From positions 878-64,877 of IMG/VR virus record IMGVR_UViG_3300025652_000061: a stretch of DNA of 64,000 nt; one strand, 5' to 3'. Position numbers and translations under genes: made by a program. Below, in pieces: positions 53,871 through 63,241 of this stretch (the stretch's first letter is position 1; the number at the start of each line of letters is the position of its first letter). The notes under the pieces were generated by a model. The model worked only from the letters and a program-made list of their open reading frames with translations. It searched no databases and was not told where the DNA came from. The stretch comes from a virus. Its lineage: Duplodnaviria > Caudoviricetes.

Positions 53871-56275
53871 GACATCTCGCTTTGCTGTTCGCCCTCATGC
53901 TTGGTGCGGATACGCATCCATCGACCCGTGCTATCTCGGCCCTCTTCAGGCGATATGCCGTGTCTGTATATGCAGTATGCCACGAGCCACTTGTAGAACT
54001 TGGTTCGTGAGATAGTCATCTTCGCCTTGGGTGCGTAGTCCGGGTTCTGTTCTATGAAGTCATGGTACAGGGTGTCCTTGTACAGCTTGTAGTGGACCTG
54101 AAGGTCAGCGTTCTGCTCACCGCCGACGAGGCCGCACCACTCGATGAAGTCGTGGCTGGTCTCAGCACTGAGTTGCCTGATGCCGAGGTTAATGAACTTG
54201 CTTTCGATGAGTCCGGTGCCGAGGTATGAGCGTAAGCACGCGACCATGTAGTTGTCGAAGGCGCACCAATCGTCCTCATCCCAGTCGGCAAAGAAGTGCT
54301 TACCGAATTCTTGTATCGGAGTGAACGACTTGCTATAGTACTGGTGTAGCTCGAGCTCCCACTTCCTGCGTGCGAAGCTGTTGCCCGCACCCTTGATGGC
54401 GTAGTTGGTGGTGATACCAATCTTCGGGGACTTCTCAAAAGGAATCTTGATGGCGTCCTTGTTCTTCTTCTCCAGTGTCAAACCCTCTGTTACTACGCTG
54501 AATAGACGCTCGAAGTCAAAGTTCTTCTTCACGTCATCGAAGCAAAGTATCTGAGTGTCAGCACTTACGAGTTGGTATGGGAAGCTACGCTCGAAGGCGA
54601 ACGCTTTGCCGTCTATCACCACGAGCTTCTTCATGTGACTCAGTGCGTTCATGAACAGGCCCTTGCCTGTACCACCCTCAGGGTTGTCGCTGATGACCTC
54701 ATCGTTGAGGATGACGGCGGGGCAGTAGCTCAAGTTCTTGTACCCGTGGAGCATATACCCGATGGTACTCTCCATGGTTGTTGTCCTGCTGTCCTCGTTG
54801 TTGCAGATGTTACCGATGAATTTTTGGTAGTCGCAGTCGTCGTATTCGCACGTCGTAAACAGCCGGTCTATGATGTGGTCTTGCCAGACGTACCCACCGA
54901 GGTCGAGGTAGTCGATGATGGTCACCGCCTCGGGCGTGATACGCACCGCGCAGTTGCGGTAGTATAGGTATGCCGTGGCGGACGTATCCTCCATGAAGTA
55001 CACATCGATGGTGGCAAGCAGCGTAAGGAACTCCTCACGGAAGTACCGCACGGCATCGGCGAAGAAGTTGTAGATGGTCTTGTCCTCAAGGTCGAGGAGG
55101 TAGCCGAGGATGAAATCCTTTATCTCCTTCTCGCTCGTGTGGTCGATGAGGTTGTTGGTCACCTTGACGAAGACGTAGTTCTTACTGCCCTCGGGGGCGT
55201 ACTTGTAGAACCCGTTGTCTTCGAGGAAGGTCTTGAAGTCGAGGGGTACAATCTTGATGACACCCTTCTCAGTCTTGAGCCAGAAGGTCTGCTCCTCGTT
55301 CTCTCTCTCCACACGCTCGAGGACGGCCTCTACTACGTCGCCCTCAACCTCGCCCTTTAGTTGGGAGCGGACTTCTTTTTTTGATACACCGCGCTTGAGC
55401 TGTGCCTTGATGTTGTTGATGCGGTCAGTATCCTCGTAGTATCGAGTGCCATGGTTGGCGGTGTGGCTGTACGCCGAGGTCAGCGTGCGCTCTATCTCTT
55501 TGGATGTGAAGTCGGACTGCTCAAACTGACGTAGGATGTGCGAAGCAAGGCTTCTGTTGATGCCGAAATCATTGAAGGCCATAGCAAGCTTGAACACATT
55601 GGCGTTGCGCTCACCATCTACTAGCCCGTATTTCTTGGTCCACCACTTGAGTAGTATGTCAGCCGTCTTGTTCTCATCGGTGATTGCGATGGTAGGCATG
55701 TCTCGGCTGACCTCTACCTCGACGTAGTCAGAGTCTTCGATGCCTGTCCACAGCTCACTCTTCTCATTGACATAAATGAGAGGGTCGTATGACTCGTAGC
55801 ACACGCGGCTTACGTTCTTGCAGGTCTTGTCGAAATGGTCAGAGTTGAAGTGCTTGTCGAGTGCGTTGAAGTAGTTGGTGTGGTTGTCTGCATCCTCAGG
55901 GATACGGACAAGGGCCTTGAGACCATTGCCTGATGGTGAGGTGAAGACGGAGTAGATGTGTCTGTCTTTCTCCAACCTACTGCGCTCGGTCTTCATGTCC
56001 TTCTTGGTTACATAACCATCGAAGTCAAGGCAGATGAACCCGCTGTGTTCTTGTATAGAAGAGTCGTTTCTTTTGTTGAAGATGCCGGAGAAGCATACCG
56101 CAGGTAGCTTCTTCTTTATCTCGTTACGCAAAGCTTTGTCATTCTCCTTACGGATTCTTGTGACGAGGTCTTTGCTTGCTCCTTCCTTGATTCTTGTGAG
56201 CACGAAGGCTACTGAACGATGGAACGGAGTCTCGGTGTCCCGGATATTCTTGAAGATTGTGACGATTTCCGACAT
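53861..56275 (-). CDS. Primase-helicase (BT4734/VirE-N-like AEP domain, PriCT, P-loop helicase)
   Basis: KKKLPAV.FSG.F..R..HSG.ICLDFD, FTSPSGNGLK, DGERNA, GGTGKG, LCFDD. Confidence 0.88.
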   Translation of the reverse strand: MSEIVTIFKNIRDTETPFHRSVAFVLTRIKEGASKDLVTRIRKENDKALRNEIKKKLPAVCFSGIFNKRNDSSIQEHSGFICLDFDGYVTKKDMKTERSRLEKDRHIYSVFTSPSGNGLKALVRIPEDADNHTNYFNALDKHFNSDHFDKTCKNVSRVCYESYDPLIYVNEKSELWTGIEDSDYVEVEVSRDMPTIAITDENKTADILLKWWTKKYGLVDGERNANVFKLAMAFNDFGINRSLASHILRQFEQSDFTSKEIERTLTSAYSHTANHGTRYYEDTDRINNIKAQLKRGVSKKEVRSQLKGEVEGDVVEAVLERVERENEEQTFWLKTEKGVIKIVPLDFKTFLEDNGFYKYAPEGSKNYVFVKVTNNLIDHTSEKEIKDFILGYLLDLEDKTIYNFFADAVRYFREEFLTLLATIDVYFMEDTSATAYLYYRNCAVRITPEAVTIIDYLDLGGYVWQDHIIDRLFTTCEYDDCDYQKFIGNICNNEDSRTTTMESTIGYMLHGYKNLSYCPAVILNDEVISDNPEGGTGKGLFMNALSHMKKLVVIDGKAFAFERSFPYQLVSADTQILCFDDVKKNFDFERLFSVVTEGLTLEKKNKDAIKIPFEKSPKIGITTNYAIKGAGNSFARRKWELELHQYYSKSFTPIQEFGKHFFADWDEDDWCAFDNYMVACLRSYLGTGLIESKFINLGIRQLSAETSHDFIEWCGLVGGEQNADLQVHYKLYKDTLYHDFIEQNPDYAPKAKMTISRTKFYKWLVAYCIYRHGISPEEGRDSTGRWMRIRTKHEGEQQSEMSWS

Positions 56276-56433
56276 AGGTGTGTCGCTTTTGGTGTCGATA
56301 TATTGTAGTTAAAATACTGATACTCAGTCTTAGTGTCGGTTATGTCGATTCTCCTTGTATGTATGTAGGAGAAAAGAAAAGTAAAGTACTCTCTCTCTCT
56401 CTATAAGGGGGAAAGAAAATCGACATTCGACAC
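56267..56433. repeat. Origin/operator-like element copy B: TGTCG iterons around (CT)7-ATAAGGGGG
   Basis: Arms at 56333-56350 and 56418-56433; directly upstream of the primase-helicase. Confidence 0.75.
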
Positions 56434-56435
56434 AG

Positions 56436-56464
56436 ACAAAAGAGGGGGGCCGTTGCCCCCCTCT
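56436..56464 (-). terminator. Intrinsic terminator (10-bp stem AGAGGGGGGC/GCCCCCCTCT, short U-run)
   Basis: Perfect hairpin at 56441-56464, downstream of 56495-56779. Confidence 0.75.
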
Positions 56465-56494
56465 CGCTCCGTCTGATGGAGTAAGGGAGATGAA

Positions 56495-56779
56495 TCAGAA
56501 CGGAGACTCTTCCTCAGTCGGGGGCTCTACCTCAGCCTTCGGCTTCGGCTCCCATGTGTCAAGCTCGAAGTAGTAGCGGCCATCTTGGCTGAGCTTCATC
56601 TCGAAGTTGACCCATCCCCTCTTGGCATTGTTCTTTATCATGGTGAGGAACTCACCCTCTTCGCCGTCATCATCGAAGACCTTGATGCCAACCTTGGCTT
56701 TGATAAAATCTGGAGCCTCCTCGTTGGGCTTCTTCCAATTCATTCCGGGTGCGTACACCCTGTCTTTCTCTTCACTCAT
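56495..56779 (-). CDS. Putative single-stranded DNA-binding protein
   Basis: Acidic tail ending PF; GWVN..YFELDTWEP; follows Sak and exonuclease. Confidence 0.6.
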   Translation of the reverse strand: MSEEKDRVYAPGMNWKKPNEEAPDFIKAKVGIKVFDDDGEEGEFLTMIKNNAKRGWVNFEMKLSQDGRYYFELDTWEPKPKAEVEPPTEEESPF

Positions 56780-57519
56780 AGTGTTTGGGTTATATAAAAA
56801 GTTTCAATTGTATCTGTAGCATCAGGCCCAAAGAACTTGTCGTAGACCTCAAGGCCCCGTTCGACTTTCTCTCTCCCTCGGGTGATGAAATCCTCGCTTG
56901 GTTCGTACATGCCCATCCTGCCTGTCTTCTTGTCGATGACGAAGAACACCAGCGGTACGCCGAACAATGTCTCATAGATGTAGCATTGGCTGTCGTAGCC
57001 ATACTTGCGTGCCGACCACTTGAAGTCGTCGATGTTGCCAGTGGTCTTCAGGTCGATGACGCGGTCAGGACAGAGGATGTCTGCCTTGCCCTTGAACTCT
57101 CGACCCATGATGTTACCTACGATAGGTTCCTCATACTTGTTGGCGTCATCACGGATGGCTTCGAAGAAGTCGTAGTTGCCAAGCATCTTCTGCGCCCACC
57201 CATGTATCTCCTGCATCTCCTTGGTTAGGAGCATGAACGGTACACCAAGGTTTGCACACGCGTCCTTGTACTTGTTGGTGTCGCGGCGGGAGGCATCGAC
57301 ACACGCTACATTAGCTGCCTTCTCCGGCTCAAGGATGAGCTGATGAAAGAGGCGACCTTTCGCAAACACAGGGTTGTCAGGGGTGGGGACACCGAACTTA
57401 GACGGGTCGTCAAGCAAGACCTTGATGTCCGAGTTGGACATGTACTGCCTGCCGAACTCTCCGTAGTAGCTCTCGTCATCCCGCAGTTTTTCTATGACGT
57501 TCTCGATGATGTCGCTCAT
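56776..57519 (-). CDS. PD-(D/E)XK exonuclease (RecE/DUF3799-like)
   Basis: SNSDIK, GRLFHQLILEP, KGKADI..IDLKTT, YGYDSQCYIY. Confidence 0.88.
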   Translation of the reverse strand: MSDIIENVIEKLRDDESYYGEFGRQYMSNSDIKVLLDDPSKFGVPTPDNPVFAKGRLFHQLILEPEKAANVACVDASRRDTNKYKDACANLGVPFMLLTKEMQEIHGWAQKMLGNYDFFEAIRDDANKYEEPIVGNIMGREFKGKADILCPDRVIDLKTTGNIDDFKWSARKYGYDSQCYIYETLFGVPLVFFVIDKKTGRMGMYEPSEDFITRGREKVERGLEVYDKFFGPDATDTIETFYITQTL

Positions 57520-58109
57520 AGGTTCTCCTTCAATGCCTTCTGGACTTTGGTGCTCACCTTGTACTTGGTGCGCAACTGCTCAAGAATCCATGGAAGCCCC
57601 TTGTCCTTCTGCTCAATGACGAACTTCAAGACCTTGGCCCAGTTCTTGTCATCGACCTCAAGACTAATGCGCTCGTTGACGAGCGGCTTAGAGGGTGCTT
57701 CCTTGGCCTTACTACTAGCGACTGAGGTATCCTCCTTCAGCCACAGCGAAAGTCCAAGGCCGTGCATCGCAATAGCCTTCACGGTAGCGCGTTGAATGGT
57801 CTTGTTGACCTCGAAGCTATTGACCTTGTCAATCGGGATGGAGTTGTTGCGGTGGTCCATGACACAAAGCATGTCGATGTGCTCTTGCTCCTCCACGACG
57901 ATACCCACCTTAACATAGGCCCACCTGCCGTCAGTAAAGTAGTTGAGTCCCGTGTGCTCAGACTCATAGATGATACGCTGAGCATTGGGGTAGTTCTGCT
58001 TTAGCAAAGACCAAGCCCGCGCCCAAGGCAGGTAGTCATTATGGCCCTTCTTCTCAATGAATGAGCTGACGTCGATGGCCTGAAGCGTGTTGTAGATGGA
58101 CTCTTTCAT
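57516..58109 (-). CDS. Sak/Rad52-like single-strand annealing protein (DUF1071)
   Basis: EKKG..YLPWARAW, VMDHRN, QRATVKAIAMHGLGL. Confidence 0.88.
   Translation of the reverse strand: MKESIYNTLQAIDVSSFIEKKGHNDYLPWARAWSLLKQNYPNAQRIIYESEHTGLNYFTDGRWAYVKVGIVVEEQEHIDMLCVMDHRNNSIPIDKVNSFEVNKTIQRATVKAIAMHGLGLSLWLKEDTSVASSKAKEAPSKPLVNERISLEVDDKNWAKVLKFVIEQKDKGLPWILEQLRTKYKVSTKVQKALKENL
57671..57684 (-). repeat. Dispersed palindrome, copy 9
   Basis: Exact match in the Sak linker. Confidence 0.95.
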
Positions 58110-58393
58110 TTCAGTTTATTAATGAGGGTGGTGTAGTCAGGGTCGGTGTCTACCTGCTCGGCGATGCGCTTGATGCCGTGACCAATAGAAGACAAAGCGA
58201 TGTCGTATCCGTTATCACCCATGTACTTCTTGATGTACGTGTTGGGCATGGGACGATGACTGCACAGGTAGTACAGGATGTGACGAGCGTCAACAACCTC
58301 ACGGTTCTTGTCTTTGGTGAATAGTTGCTCGCGACTTACCTCGAAGTGCTGTGTAACCTTGTCTGTGTACTCTTCAAATACTTCTCGTTTCAT
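58106..58393 (-). CDS. Second DnaA C-terminal-like HTH protein
   Basis: FEVSREQLF.K.KNREVVDARHILYYLC...SSIGHGIKRI. Confidence 0.75.
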   Translation of the reverse strand: MKREVFEEYTDKVTQHFEVSREQLFTKDKNREVVDARHILYYLCSHRPMPNTYIKKYMGDNGYDIALSSIGHGIKRIAEQVDTDPDYTTLINKLK

Positions 58394-58611
58394 TCTGTTT
58401 CAATTAAAATTTCTTCGATGTATAACTTGCCGTTCCTTAGCTCCACATTGTTTTGGTCGCCGAACTTGAAGTGATTGTGTTGGGCCAACTCCTCGCCCAA
58501 TGCTTTGCTCAATCCATTGTGTGCTGATGGCTGACTGCGGTATGCCTTAGACCACACGGTGCCAAGGGTTTCAGTCTCGTAATGAAGGAGGTAAATATAT
58601 TCCATCTTCAA
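58390..58611 (-). CDS. Hypothetical protein
   Basis: Coupled at both ends; start may be ATG 58605. Confidence 0.65.
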   Translation of the reverse strand: MKMEYIYLLHYETETLGTVWSKAYRSQPSAHNGLSKALGEELAQHNHFKFGDQNNVELRNGKLYIEEILIETE

Positions 58612-59348
58612 AAGAATCTGACGTGAGAGCGACGACGATAGTTGTATACATTCTCGAAGACACGCAAGAACTCTTCAGTAGAGGCGGCATGAACAAATAA
58701 GTGCGGGTTCTTCTCTGCGCGTTCAAGCAACGTCTTCCAATCGAAGCCTTCGATGGTACGCAAGCACCGCAAGAACGCAGTTACAAAGTTAGACTTCAGG
58801 TAGAAATCCCAACGCCGGAACTGAATCAGAGCATCGAGCCTCTCCATGGCCGCCTCCTTGCTGTCGCGAAACTCCCATGTGCCACCGCCGAGGTTCATCT
58901 TCTTCTGCTTGGTGTTGGCTGTAGCGGCACTGCCCTGAGCCAACATACTCGCGATGCGTAACGACACCTTGGGCTCGACCGCTTGGCACTCCTCAAGGAA
59001 GTCAAGTAGCCTGATGTAATGGTCGTTGCCTTGGGCGGCATAGCTACGCGCTTTGTCTAACGGAGTCCACGCCTTGGACAGGCTGTTAAGAACCACCACC
59101 CTGTCGATGCTGATTGCGTCAGTAACAATGTACTTGACGTTGATGCCAAGCGATTGGCAAGCAAGGAAGCGGTGCTGACCCTCAAGAATGTTACCCTCGG
59201 CATCGACGAGGATGGGTTGGCTTAAGCCGTTGTCGTGGATGTCTTTGGCAAGACGCTTGACGTGGCCATCGTCAACGTGTCTGTTGAGTTTGATAAACGA
59301 GAATTGAGAGTAGTCATTGGTCTCGACTACGGAGTTGTTTCTGGACAT
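58608..59348 (-). CDS. ParB/Srx N-terminal-domain protein
   Basis: NRHVD..HVKRL..DI..NGL.QPILVD..ILEGQHRFLAC. Confidence 0.85.
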   Translation of the reverse strand: MSRNNSVVETNDYSQFSFIKLNRHVDDGHVKRLAKDIHDNGLSQPILVDAEGNILEGQHRFLACQSLGINVKYIVTDAISIDRVVVLNSLSKAWTPLDKARSYAAQGNDHYIRLLDFLEECQAVEPKVSLRIASMLAQGSAATANTKQKKMNLGGGTWEFRDSKEAAMERLDALIQFRRWDFYLKSNFVTAFLRCLRTIEGFDWKTLLERAEKNPHLFVHAASTEEFLRVFENVYNYRRRSHVRFF

Positions 59349-59472
59349 GATGTATTGTTTTCTTTAATGAATTCCATATTGAATCTTTTCCATAGCGTTG
59401 CTCATAGCCCCGCTCTAATTCCGTCAGTAAAGCCTGAAGCTCCACCATTTCTTCCTTCTTCGAGTTCTCCAT
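59314..59472 (-). CDS. Small hypothetical protein
   Basis: MENSKKEEMVELQALL...; overlaps both neighbours. Confidence 0.45.
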   Translation of the reverse strand: MENSKKEEMVELQALLTELERGYEQRYGKDSIWNSLKKTIHHVQKQLRSRDQ

Positions 59473-59905
59473 AGGTTCCCGGTACACGTCCGTGTTCTTC
59501 AAGATAGATGCTCTTGTCTAAGTCAGACACGTCTATGATTGTACTCTCTGTACCTTCTGTCTCGGCTCCGTCAAGGGCGTTCTCAAAGAACGTATGACAC
59601 CGCACCGTTTTCATTATGAGTACGTCACCCATGCGGTGTATGGCTACGCCATAGTCGCACGGGTCTTGTTTGCGCTCATGCCCCAAGGTCTCAGCCTTGT
59701 ACATCATCTCTCTCCAAAAAAAGTAGCTGTCCATGGTGAACCCATGGGAAGCGGGCATCTGCACCTCTTGGCCGGAATTGACCCCGTGAATGTAGCCGCT
59801 CACTTTAGGGTTGTTGAAGATGTCACAGCAGGTGACACCAAGCCCGAAGGCCATAGCCTGACCAACGGCTTCCGCATAACTGCGGGTTTGAGAATTGTTC
59901 TTCAT
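59402..59905 (-). CDS. Hypothetical protein
   Basis: ATG 59905, ATGA-coupled. Confidence 0.7.
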   Translation of the reverse strand: MKNNSQTRSYAEAVGQAMAFGLGVTCCDIFNNPKVSGYIHGVNSGQEVQMPASHGFTMDSYFFWREMMYKAETLGHERKQDPCDYGVAIHRMGDVLIMKTVRCHTFFENALDGAETEGTESTIIDVSDLDKSIYLEEHGRVPGTYGELEEGRNGGASGFTDGIRAGL

Positions 59906-60330
59906 GACTTGAGGATTCCTTCGATATGCTCGTCGGACATTTTGTGGTCGGCAAAGCTGACTAACTCCTTGATGGCGTCCTCTTCTACAGTGACATCTCC
60001 GTTGTAACTGAAGCCGCCGCTTTCCACCTCGACGTTTAACTCGACGCCACCCCTCCAACTATCCGTCTGTACTTCCATGCTCTCCTCGTGTGCCGTAGCT
60101 CCGAGGTCGTACGCAGAGCGCAACATCTCGATGACCTGCTCCTTGGTATACTGAGGCTCAGGCTTGAGCAAGGGGCCGTCGATGGCAAGGCTTGCCTTCA
60201 TGTCCATCAGGTTGGAACGCGCTCCGTCGATAAGGAAGTTGAGCTGTTCGAGTAATGTGTCACGAGTCTGCGGCGTGACTTCCGGGGTTGACTGCTCGTC
60301 AACGAGCGGGGGGGAAACTTGTTCGTTCAT
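59902..60330 (-). CDS. Acidic hypothetical protein
   Basis: 142 aa; coupled. Confidence 0.75.
   Translation of the reverse strand: MNEQVSPPLVDEQSTPEVTPQTRDTLLEQLNFLIDGARSNLMDMKASLAIDGPLLKPEPQYTKEQVIEMLRSAYDLGATAHEESMEVQTDSWRGGVELNVEVESGGFSYNGDVTVEEDAIKELVSFADHKMSDEHIEGILKS
60294..60307 (+). repeat. Dispersed palindrome, copy 10
   Basis: Exact match; encodes LVDE on the - strand. Confidence 0.95.
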
Positions 60331-60557
60331 TGCACTTTATTTTTATTTTTGATATAGGTCGCCATGGTGTGCGCATATGGAAACCCATTTTGAATTTTAC
60401 TGAAGATGGCAACCTCGGCTCCGTCATGAACGTCCACCCCAAGGGTGAACCCTACGCCGTGACGAAGTAGCCCGTACTCTAGCACCTCTATCTTCTCCCC
60501 CGCCCGCAATCGGCGGTTGAGTTCTGCCTTGCTCTTGGCCCGAACGTATACTCTCAT
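60327..60557 (-). CDS. Early hypothetical protein
   Basis: 76 aa; downstream of a promoter. Confidence 0.75.
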   Translation of the reverse strand: MRVYVRAKSKAELNRRLRAGEKIEVLEYGLLRHGVGFTLGVDVHDGAEVAIFSKIQNGFPYAHTMATYIKNKNKVQ

Positions 60558-60576
60558 TGTAGTTATGAATCATACT

Positions 60577-60607
60577 GCAATATACAAATAATAGCCGGAC
60601 TATGCAA
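60577..60607 (-). promoter_or_regulatory. Early promoter TTG-N20-TATATTGC
   Basis: Intergenic; member of a repeated motif family. Confidence 0.75.
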
Positions 60608-60626
60608 GCGGATTGATACATTTATT

Positions 60627-60911
60627 TTACTGCTCATCTGTTCTCATTAGCAAGGTTTCAAAGTTCTCACTGCCGATGGTATATCCACGGGCCGTGTCGT
60701 GAAGGAGAAGCACGTCGGGTGTGATTCCTTTCTCCGTGAGGTAGCGGCAAGCTTGCTCAAGGACATCGCCCAAGGCGTAGTCGTATTCGAGGAATACTCT
60801 CGTACCCTGTCTCATATCCTTGACGCGCACCCGCGCACCCTTGGTGTTAGTAGGTCCGTAGAACTCTACATGGAAGGCTCTGTGTCTTTTCATCTTACGA
60901 ATTTCTTCCAC
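60627..60911 (-). CDS. Early hypothetical protein (GPTNTKGARVRV)
   Basis: Motif common in phage early genes; start may be 60893. Confidence 0.75.
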   Translation of the reverse strand: MEEIRKMKRHRAFHVEFYGPTNTKGARVRVKDMRQGTRVFLEYDYALGDVLEQACRYLTEKGITPDVLLLHDTARGYTIGSENFETLLMRTDEQ

Positions 60912-61138
60912 ACCATCTCCGGCAACTGCTCACGGCAAGCCGTGTCCATGTTGTCGATGTACTCTAGTATCTCTTCGTCACTTGCGTGGCGGCGAAGCAG
61001 AGGGGATAGGCCACGGACGTTGGCTATATCACCGCATAGGTCCTCCCACCCGTTGCGCCTGTTGTACTCAGCCATGAGGTCGGCGCGGTTGCGGCACAAC
61101 TCTGCCATGTGTTTGTCGAGGTGATTTGTCCTTACCAT
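60890..61138 (-). CDS. Early hypothetical protein
   Basis: Coupled. Confidence 0.7.
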   Translation of the reverse strand: MVRTNHLDKHMAELCRNRADLMAEYNRRNGWEDLCGDIANVRGLSPLLRRHASDEEILEYIDNMDTACREQLPEMVWKKFVR

Positions 61139-61377
61139 TATTTCTCGTTCTGTTGTTCGTACTTCTCGTCAGGGTCACGCTCGCCTTGGCATTCGCATCG
61201 GCGGGTGGTGGAGTTGGGGTCGGCGTAGTGGCCCGTGTAAACGAACCCCTCGCCGCCGCATTGCGGACACTCCTCTTCCTCTTCCTGAAGGCTCAATACA
61301 AACCGAGCCATCTGTTGGAACGAGCCGAACCCCTTGAGATGCTCGACCATGTTGTCAATCTTCTCTTGATAGGTCAT
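61138..61377 (-). CDS. Small protein with CxxCxGxG zinc motif
   Basis: CPQCGGEG...CEC. Confidence 0.7.
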   Translation of the reverse strand: MTYQEKIDNMVEHLKGFGSFQQMARFVLSLQEEEEECPQCGGEGFVYTGHYADPNSTTRRCECQGERDPDEKYEQQNEK

Positions 61378-61559
61378 TTGTTAATCTCTTCGATGATGTA
61401 GATGTGGCGACAACTCTCGCCGGCGTTGAATTCATCGACGTTGCGGTACTCTGTATCCATGTACTTGTTGAAGTCCTCGAGGTAGTAGTCAAGGCTCTTG
61501 AAGGCGAAGCCCTCGTCTAGTGGGTCGTCGGTCTCGACGACGAAGTAAAATGGTTTCAT
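61374..61559 (-). CDS. Early hypothetical protein
   Basis: ATGA-coupled. Confidence 0.7.
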   Translation of the reverse strand: MKPFYFVVETDDPLDEGFAFKSLDYYLEDFNKYMDTEYRNVDEFNAGESCRHIYIIEEINK

Positions 61560-61888
61560 AGCTTTCCTGCTTCAATGGTGTGTAAGATGTCGGTGTCTCC
61601 GTTCTTGATGGGGTGGATTTCGAACAGCCACTCCTTGTCATAGGATATGTTGATGTCCAAGGCGCCTCCGTGGCTGAACCACAGGTCATCGTCGCCATTG
61701 CTCATGCAGGTGATGACGTCTTTTGGGATTTCGATGTCGCCGAACACCTCGCTTGGGACGATGACCTTGTCGCCTTGCAAAGCCCTCATGGCCTCGGTCT
61801 CAATGTTGCTTAGCATTGTCATGGGGGGGTTAGAACCCTCTTGAATGTGGCGGACACAGCGTAGGATGAGCATCATATGGTCTCTCAT
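61556..61888 (-). CDS. Early hypothetical protein
   Basis: ATGA-coupled. Confidence 0.7.
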   Translation of the reverse strand: MRDHMMLILRCVRHIQEGSNPPMTMLSNIETEAMRALQGDKVIVPSEVFGDIEIPKDVITCMSNGDDDLWFSHGGALDINISYDKEWLFEIHPIKNGDTDILHTIEAGKL

Positions 61889-62391
61889 AGCTCTTGTATT
61901 GAATTGAACTTGGCGCGGTTAGCATCGCGGTCAAGGTTGAGTGAGTGGATGTACTCATAGGCATCGTTCCAATCGTCGAACGCCTTGCCGTCAACGTGGT
62001 ACTTGAACACCTTGTACTTGTTGGGCTGTCCGTCATTGTCGTACACCTCCGTCACGTCGATGCCGAACTCGTTGGTAAGGATGTCCATCACCGCAGTGGG
62101 CAACGACCCGACACCATCGTAGTCAACGAGCTTGCCGCCGTGAATCTCAAGGCCACCCTCGGCGTAGTATTTCTCGCCGTCCCACTTGGTGTCGTGGAAC
62201 TCGAACCACGCATGGCCCGAAGCCTTAGTGCCTACATGAACAATGACCTCGACGTTCTCGTCTCGGTGTACATCCTGACCCGTACTGAGTACGGTGTGAC
62301 CAAGGGTAGGATAGATGACCTTGGCATTGATGAGTTTGTCTTTCATGTCTATTGTTTTGCGCTCGTCAACGAGCGGGGTTGGGTGTGGCAT
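61885..62391 (-). CDS. Early hypothetical protein (YAEGGL...LVDYDGVGSLP)
   Basis: Start 62391 or 62346. Confidence 0.75.
   Translation of the reverse strand: MPHPTPLVDERKTIDMKDKLINAKVIYPTLGHTVLSTGQDVHRDENVEVIVHVGTKASGHAWFEFHDTKWDGEKYYAEGGLEIHGGKLVDYDGVGSLPTAVMDILTNEFGIDVTEVYDNDGQPNKYKVFKYHVDGKAFDDWNDAYEYIHSLNLDRDANRAKFNSIQEL
62361..62374 (+). repeat. Dispersed palindrome, copy 11
   Basis: Exact match about 35 nt downstream of an early promoter. Confidence 0.95.
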
Positions 62392-62409
62392 GGTGTATTG
62401 AATGATGAC

Positions 62410-62440
62410 GCAATGTACAACTAATGTTTGAACTATGCAA
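62410..62440 (-). promoter_or_regulatory. Early promoter TTG-N20-TACATTGC
   Basis: Intergenic; repeated motif with AT-rich upstream part. Confidence 0.75.
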
Positions 62441-62454
62441 GCGAATTGATATAT

Positions 62455-62655
62455 TTATTTTAGGAAACTCTTCCTGATACGCTCCATCTTGGCTTGGTTC
62501 GCAACCAAAACCCTGTACCAAGGCACAAGCCGAAGCAACGTGGATACAACCCACATCTGTGCAGTCGTCATCTCAAGGGTGATGGTCGTCAGGTCTTTGT
62601 GCCAATGCCACTTGCCTGATTTCAATTGGCTGAAGAACATTCTCTCTTTCGTCAT
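62455..62655 (-). CDS. Early hypothetical protein
   Basis: ATG 62655, ATGA-coupled. Confidence 0.65.
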   Translation of the reverse strand: MTKERMFFSQLKSGKWHWHKDLTTITLEMTTAQMWVVSTLLRLVPWYRVLVANQAKMERIRKSFLK

Positions 62656-63104
62656 CGTGCAAATACTTTGATGGTGACGCACATATTGCGCTTTTGCGTG
62701 ACCTCACACCTGACAAACGATTGTTGAATGTGTCCGTTCTCGTCCTCGTCAGGCTCGAAGACGCAGTCAGGATACTGACTGATGAACTGCTCAAGCTGAT
62801 GCTCCTCGTTGGCCTCAAGACCGCTCACGTCGCCGTTGATGAGGGGAGCAACCAAGTGGTAGCCGATGTCGCACCTGTCGTTTGCCACTCGCGTTATCTG
62901 TACCTCGCGACCAATAGGCCACCGCAGTCTCCATCGCTTTGGCCAACGGCTTGAGGGTATCTCCTCAATCGTCATGGCCGTCATGTGGTTGTCCCACATG
63001 GTCTTGGCTTGTTCGAACGCGTCCTCCTTGGTCTCAAAGGAGGCGATGAGGGTAGTGTCGCTACCCTTGGGCGATGCCGCCCATCCAGTGATAAGATATC
63101 TCAT
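62652..63104 (-). CDS. Early hypothetical protein (APLINGDVSGL)
   Basis: ATG 63104, ATGA-coupled. Confidence 0.7.
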   Translation of the reverse strand: MRYLITGWAASPKGSDTTLIASFETKEDAFEQAKTMWDNHMTAMTIEEIPSSRWPKRWRLRWPIGREVQITRVANDRCDIGYHLVAPLINGDVSGLEANEEHQLEQFISQYPDCVFEPDEDENGHIQQSFVRCEVTQKRNMCVTIKVFAR

Positions 63105-63241
63105 GAGTAGCGCAACCAATATGCCGCGACGAATGCGAACGTGAGAAGGGAGAACATGAGACCCACAGCAGGGTCGTATGTCAGGAGGTAGAAGATGCCG
63201 ATAGTCAGCAATACGGTGATGCAGAAATAAATGTGTGTCAT
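63101..63241 (-). CDS. 46-aa two-TM membrane protein (MTHIYFCITVLLTIGIFYLL...)
   Basis: Manual translation; ATGA-coupled at both ends. Confidence 0.7.
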   Translation of the reverse strand: MTHIYFCITVLLTIGIFYLLTYDPAVGLMFSLLTFAFVAAYWLRYS

